From NCBI GenBank assembly GCA_964355855.1, contig CAYHFD010000001.1, forward strand, positions 9,921 through 73,920: a stretch of DNA of 64,000 nt, read 5' to 3'. The notes beneath the pieces are model-generated. The model worked only from the letters and a program-made list of their open reading frames with translations, was not told the origin of the DNA and made no database searches. Shown here piece after piece: positions 60,094-64,000 of this stretch (position 1 is its first letter; each line of letters opens with the position of its first letter). The position numbers were made by a program, and so were the translations under genes. Source of the stretch: an uncultured Candidatus Saccharibacteria bacterium (GTDB lineage: Bacteria > Patescibacteriota > Minisyncoccia > Phycocordibacterales > XYD1-FULL-46-19).

Positions 60094-60933
60094 CTAAAGA
60101 ACAGAAACCGGTAGATGCAAGATAGCGGCCCCAGTTTCCAAATACCAACCCAAGTTGGTCGTCGTGTGACTAGAGACCAGATACCCATGGCGCGCCACAT
60201 ATTCACCCATGACTAGATACTGGGCTGAAGTCCGCGCCGAGCGTTCCATCAGTTCACTAAAAGAAGCCTGGGGACAAATTCGCTCATACATCCGTAAGCG
60301 CGCTACGGTCTCGCCGACTATCCGGCTGAAATATTGCCCGTCGCTCATCAGCTTAGCCGTAAGCTGCTCTTCGGTCTCGACTAAATTCGGTATCTCGTCA
60401 GTCATCAAGCGCACTTGCCAGCCCCGACTCGCTACTTTAGCCCTGGTCGCCGCCACTGAAGCTTCAACACAAGCCAGCAGTTCCTCCCGACTACGACCGA
60501 CGGCTCGGCTAAGCACTGGGTCATCGGCCTCCTGGTTAGGCATCAGGATTCGCACTTCCGCTTGGGGTAAAACCCTGGTCAGCCGCTCTAGGAATCTAAT
60601 CTGACGTTCGCCCAAGAGTGACACCCCGGTCCCCACCGAGCGAAAGTCATAGGCCCCGTCCCGGTGGCTATAATCCAGGCAAGATGGGGCAATAATCACC
60701 GGCTGTTCATTGGTTCTGGCAATCACCAGCCCAATGCGATCACCCATCACTTTGGTTCGGGAAGCATAGCCGCACACACCGATTGTTCGGCACACCCGCC
60801 GCACTTTTTCCATTCTCAACCGCTTGTGTTGCTCTCCCCATAAGCCTGCCTCACCATTGAGGTACTTCCTCGTCCGTGGCAAGCGCAGGCGGGGTACTGC
60901 CATTTCTTCCATCATTTCCACCACTGTTTGCAT
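60094..60933 (-). CDS. Unknown enzyme (279 aa) downstream of a T-box
   Basis: SD AGGAG; motifs PSCLDYSH, NQEADD, RTSAQY. Confidence 0.65.
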   Translation of the reverse strand: MQTVVEMMEEMAVPRLRLPRTRKYLNGEAGLWGEQHKRLRMEKVRRVCRTIGVCGYASRTKVMGDRIGLVIARTNEQPVIIAPSCLDYSHRDGAYDFRSVGTGVSLLGERQIRFLERLTRVLPQAEVRILMPNQEADDPVLSRAVGRSREELLACVEASVAATRAKVASRGWQVRLMTDEIPNLVETEEQLTAKLMSDGQYFSRIVGETVARLRMYERICPQASFSELMERSARTSAQYLVMGEYVARHGYLVSSHTTTNLGWYLETGAAILHLPVSVL

Positions 60934-60967
60934 TTCACATCTCCTGGTTGGTAAAGATCCACTCAAC

Positions 60968-61265
60968 AAAAAACTCCTCGTCGCCAGGCAGGAAAAAACC
61001 TGCCCAGGGACGAGGAGTCTTGAAAAAAACCCAAGCTCGTGGTGCCACCCTAGTTTTGGAACCAAAAAAACACCGTGGAGGTGCTCTTTTAGTTCCACTC
61101 ATCGGCGCGTACATCCCAGAGGGACAGATACCGATTATCCCATGGTTACGGAGGAGTGCCGAGCTGTCACTTGCGCAACAGCCATCCTGCCCAAACGGGC
61201 GATCGCGGCCCAACCCTCGGCTTACAGCCGAGGACCACGATCAAGGATTTTGTCTCTTGTTGAAG
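60968..61265 (-). promoter_or_regulatory. T-box riboswitch-like leader
   Basis: AACTAGGGTGGCACCACGAG pairs with CTCGTCCCT; overlapping terminator ctcctcgtc / gacgaggag with U tract; TTGACA-16-TAGACT promoter upstream. Confidence 0.78.
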
Positions 61266-61350
61266 TACTAAGCTTAGTCTACCAACGCTACCCCCGCTGT
61301 CAACCACCACCTTTTCTTTTTCCCTTTTTATTTCTATTTTTTCTATTCCC

Positions 61351-61373
61351 CTATTCGCGCGAATTAGAGATAT
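61351..61373 (+). repeat. Palindromic repeat copy 2
   Basis: CTATTCGCGCGAATTAGAGATAT. Confidence 0.9.
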
Positions 61374-61635
61374 GTTTAGAAACGTATTGAACAATAGGAT
61401 GACGATCCGGCGACAGCGAATACCACATTTCCAAACCCCGCTGCTTTTTTTCCACAATATCAGCCCCGTAAAGCACTGCCAAATGTTTAGAGGTGGCTTT
61501 GAAAGACAAGTTGATTTTTTCGGCCAACTCACTTACTGTCGCCTCTTTTTCTCGCCCTAAATATTTGATCAGCGCCAGCCGCCGCCCATTGGCCAGTGCT
61601 TTCAACACCCGCTCTAACTCCTTAATATTTTTCAT
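61351..61635 (-). CDS. ArsR-family regulator
   Basis: LKALAN.RRL, TVSELA, SKHL..L. Confidence 0.88.
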   Translation of the reverse strand: MKNIKELERVLKALANGRRLALIKYLGREKEATVSELAEKINLSFKATSKHLAVLYGADIVEKKQRGLEMWYSLSPDRHPIVQYVSKHISNSRE

Positions 61636-61658
61636 CTTCCCATTTTACCACCCTTGCC

Positions 61659-61681
61659 CTATTCGCGCGAATTAGAGATAT
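61659..61681 (+). repeat. Palindromic repeat copy 3
   Basis: CTATTCGCGCGAATTAGAGATAT. Confidence 0.9.
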
Positions 61682-61692
61682 ATTCTACGCTT

Positions 61693-62397
61693 TTAGGTTT
61701 TATTTTCCAGAGCTAAAGCCAAGGCCTTGTCCACTATCACTTGATTAGAGTTTATTAATGGTACCGCTAAAGCCATGGCCCCGAGCGCCAGTGGCAACTC
61801 TGTACAACCAAGAATAATCACCTCGGCCCCGGCCTGCACCAAGCTAGCCACAATTTCTTGAATCAGCTGAGTATCGGCCCCATCATTTTTTCCAGCCATA
61901 ACTTTCAAAATAATCCCATCTAACTTAGCCTGTTCGGCCACGGTCACAACTAGAGGCTCGATACCGGCTTTCACCAGCTTGTCCGTATAAAGATTATACT
62001 TGGCACTACTGGCTGAGGTTAGGAGTCCCGCCCGAGTGTAGCCCCCAGTCTTCGCCATCTGCACTGTCTCATCGACAATACTCAAAATCGGAATATTGAG
62101 TCCGGCCTGCATTTCGTCTTGATAGATATGTACCGTATTGCAAGCGATCACAACAAAATCACACTTGGCCGATTCTAGTCTTTTGACCCCAGATACCAGT
62201 TGCCTCTTGACGGCTTCAGCCTCCACAATCCCCCGCTCGTCAAAACCCTCGAGCGGTAGATTGTAAATAATTATCGGCGGAAACTCATTGTCTTGCACCG
62301 CCCCATATTTATTATGAGCCAGATCGATAATTAGATTGTAGAAATAAGCACTTGCCTCCGGGCCCATACCACCCAAAATACCAATTGTTTTCTTCAT
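61693..62397 (-). CDS. Aspartate/glutamate racemase family protein
   Basis: IGILGGMGP, IACNT.H, ILGCTELP. Confidence 0.9.
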   Translation of the reverse strand: MKKTIGILGGMGPEASAYFYNLIIDLAHNKYGAVQDNEFPPIIIYNLPLEGFDERGIVEAEAVKRQLVSGVKRLESAKCDFVVIACNTVHIYQDEMQAGLNIPILSIVDETVQMAKTGGYTRAGLLTSASSAKYNLYTDKLVKAGIEPLVVTVAEQAKLDGIILKVMAGKNDGADTQLIQEIVASLVQAGAEVIILGCTELPLALGAMALAVPLINSNQVIVDKALALALENKT

Positions 62398-62416
62398 AAA
62401 TATTTTCTTAAACCAA

Positions 62417-62553
62417 TAAAAAACGGCCCCCTTGAGGCCGCTTTAGAACATTTGTGACGAGTGGGACAAACAGGTTTACAAATACTCAAAACCGACCTCA
62501 AAGAGGCTCTCCCGACGACGGTTATTGGTATTTATAGACAGTAGTCTCTGCAT
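62417..62553 (-). promoter_or_regulatory. Leader-peptide transcription attenuator
   Basis: uORF 62476-62553 MQRLLSINTNNRRRESLFEVGFEYL; ttgaggtcg can pair with cggcctcaa of the terminator. Confidence 0.6.
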
Positions 62554-62602
62554 ATATTTATCCTAGCAATTAATCACAATAAGTCCAGTCCGTCTTACTT
62601 TT

Positions 62603-62905
62603 CTATACCCCACAGGCCTCTTCGACATAGGCCACCAGCTGGTCCTTGTCATCAATAATTTCCGGCGGTACCTCCAGATAATTTTTCAAAACTTGGTCCT
62701 GGCTTGGGGTAAACGGGCCCATCCCCACCGCCTGATATTTTTTAGCCGTCTCGGGATTAGTTTTTAAATATAAAACGCCTTCATTCACGATGCCAAAAAA
62801 GGTCTCACCCAAATACAAACCATAAGAAGAAAATATCTTCTTAATCCGGACCTCCCCCAATTCCCCCACCTGATCCGCCACATATTCTGCGAAGCTAGTA
62901 TCCAT
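62603..62905 (-). CDS. TfoX N-terminal domain protein
   Basis: SF.EYV.DQ, KIFSSYGLY, LYLK, Y.EVP. Confidence 0.85.
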   Translation of the reverse strand: MDTSFAEYVADQVGELGEVRIKKIFSSYGLYLGETFFGIVNEGVLYLKTNPETAKKYQAVGMGPFTPSQDQVLKNYLEVPPEIIDDKDQLVAYVEEACGV

Positions 62906-62969
62906 GTTTTTATTTTACCCCAGCTTAGCCCTTATCTAAAACCCCACAAAAATATTTTCACTATTAGCT

Positions 62970-63000
62970 TTATTCTCCTATTCGCGCGAATTAGAGATAT
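62970..63000 (+). repeat. Palindromic repeat copy 4
   Basis: Identical to 9632-9662. Confidence 0.9.
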
Positions 63001-63045
63001 GGTCTGCACTTTTAGACAAGTCAAAATTAGTGTAGGCTAGATTAT

Positions 63046-63723
63046 ATGCAAGCCATTATTTTAGCTGCCGGTAGTCACGAACATAGCCAGTCGCGAGAAC
63101 CCATAAAGTGTCTCTTAAAAGTCGGTCGAGAACCCCTACTTTGTCACCTCACCCGTGAATTGCCCCCAGAAATATCGGAAATAATTATTGTCGTTGGCCG
63201 GCAAAAAAACCAAGTTAAAGAAATAGCTGGTCGCACCTTGGCTGGTCGGACTGTGCGTTATGTTACCCAAAACGAGCAACTGGGTACTGGCCACGCCCTT
63301 TCTTTGTGCCGACCAATTATTCACACCGAACGTTTTTTGGTCTTGATGGGTGACAACCTTTATTTAAAAAGTGATATCAAGGCTTGTCTTAAACACCCAC
63401 GGGCTATTCTCACTAAAAAAATTGACGCGCCCGAACGCTACGGCCTAGTGAGCGAATCTGGTCACTTGTTAGTGGCGGTCACCGAAAAACCCAAAAACCC
63501 AAACGGGGCTTTGATCAACTGTGGTCTTTATGTTCTTGATCATAAGATTTTTGACATACCTTTAGCTAAAATCGGTGAAGACGAATATGGCCTACCTCAA
63601 CAAGTGGCCAATCTTTCCGCTATTTATCCTGTCGCCATTGAACAGGCCCAGTTTTGGCTTCCGGTTAGCACCATCGAAGATTTAAAACAAGCCGACAAAT
63701 ACCTTCGCCGGATGTATTCTTAA
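63046..63723 (+). CDS. Sugar-phosphate nucleotidyltransferase family protein
   Basis: AIILAAG (degenerate G.GTR motif), Q.EQLGTGHA, MGDN, EKP. Confidence 0.8.
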   Translation: MQAIILAAGSHEHSQSREPIKCLLKVGREPLLCHLTRELPPEISEIIIVVGRQKNQVKEIAGRTLAGRTVRYVTQNEQLGTGHALSLCRPIIHTERFLVLMGDNLYLKSDIKACLKHPRAILTKKIDAPERYGLVSESGHLLVAVTEKPKNPNGALINCGLYVLDHKIFDIPLAKIGEDEYGLPQQVANLSAIYPVAIEQAQFWLPVSTIEDLKQADKYLRRMYS

Positions 63724-63756
63724 TCCACCAACATTCCACACACTATAATTAACTAT

Positions 63757-63998
63757 TTACAAATTATTATCTAAAAAATTTCTTAAGGAAACCAAATCTT
63801 TCTTCTCTTGGTCATAATAATAAGAAATAATACCGACCGATTCGGCACTTTTTATGGCCTCTGGGTTATGATCAAAATAAATTACCTCACTAGAGTATAA
63901 AACTCATCGTTCTTTGCCTTTTTGGCATTTGTAAGATTACTGTTGGCCACAGTTAATTTTCCGTCTAATTCATCATTGGTTTTCCTTTTTAGCTTCAT
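63757..63998 (-). pseudogene. Fused remnants: EcoRI-family methyltransferase N-terminus and HAD-like hydrolase C-terminus
   Basis: NSNLTNAKKAKNDEFYT then stop; other frame EVIYFDHNPEAIKSAESVGI...KKDLVSLRNFLDNNL. Confidence 0.55.
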
Positions 63999-64000
63999 TT

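Noticed and set aside
60934-61098. N-terminal extension of the 334-aa ORF
   Set aside because: The extension runs through the T-box and terminator; the SD supports a start at 60933.
61351-63000. CRISPR array or integron attC array from the 23-bp repeat
   Set aside because: Spacing is 308 and 1319 bp with whole genes in between; no cas or intI gene and no attC R/L box structure.
1-64000. Prophage or alternative genetic code
   Set aside because: No phage structural or integrase genes seen; conserved genes translate full-length in code 11 with TGA used as a stop.

Overview
A 64-kb chromosomal segment most consistent with a Patescibacteria/CPR (Parcubacteria-like) genome. This is inferred from gene content, compact ValS, divergent S21 and mostly SD-less or leaderless housekeeping genes. 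The backbone is housekeeping: rpsA, pth, lepB, hisS, rpsU, ybeY, ftsA, ftsZ, trxB, msrAB, pyrD, tsaD, valS, lepA, murJ, rnpB, groEL/ES, secG, rnj, a UvrD-nuclease, typA and six tRNAs. An accessory/defence islet lies at about 10-19 kb (NYN, nucleotidyltransferase, dead IS5-like element, DpnI, DinD). The unusual content is mostly non-coding: (1) structured elements downstream of tRNA-Glu, tRNA-Arg and tRNA-Val whose closing stems copy the host tRNA's own 3' end, two ending in ACCA; (2) a 308-bp TIR/TSD element encoding only a GIY-YIG nuclease, inserted in a duplicated tRNA-Gly 5' half, plus a related MITE at the valS start; (3) a group I intron in tRNA-Phe(GAA); (4) one palindrome family inside both the intron and RNase P RNA; (5) an exact 23-31 bp palindrome present four times; (6) relic 5' ends of typA and tRNA-Glu broken by palindromic inserts; (7) about nine stand-alone orphan genes with promoter, strong SD and terminator, including a divergent DnaA paralogue and a T-box-controlled unknown enzyme; (8) a leader-peptide attenuator upstream of a racemase. 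All calls come from reading the sequence by eye; no database searches were run.
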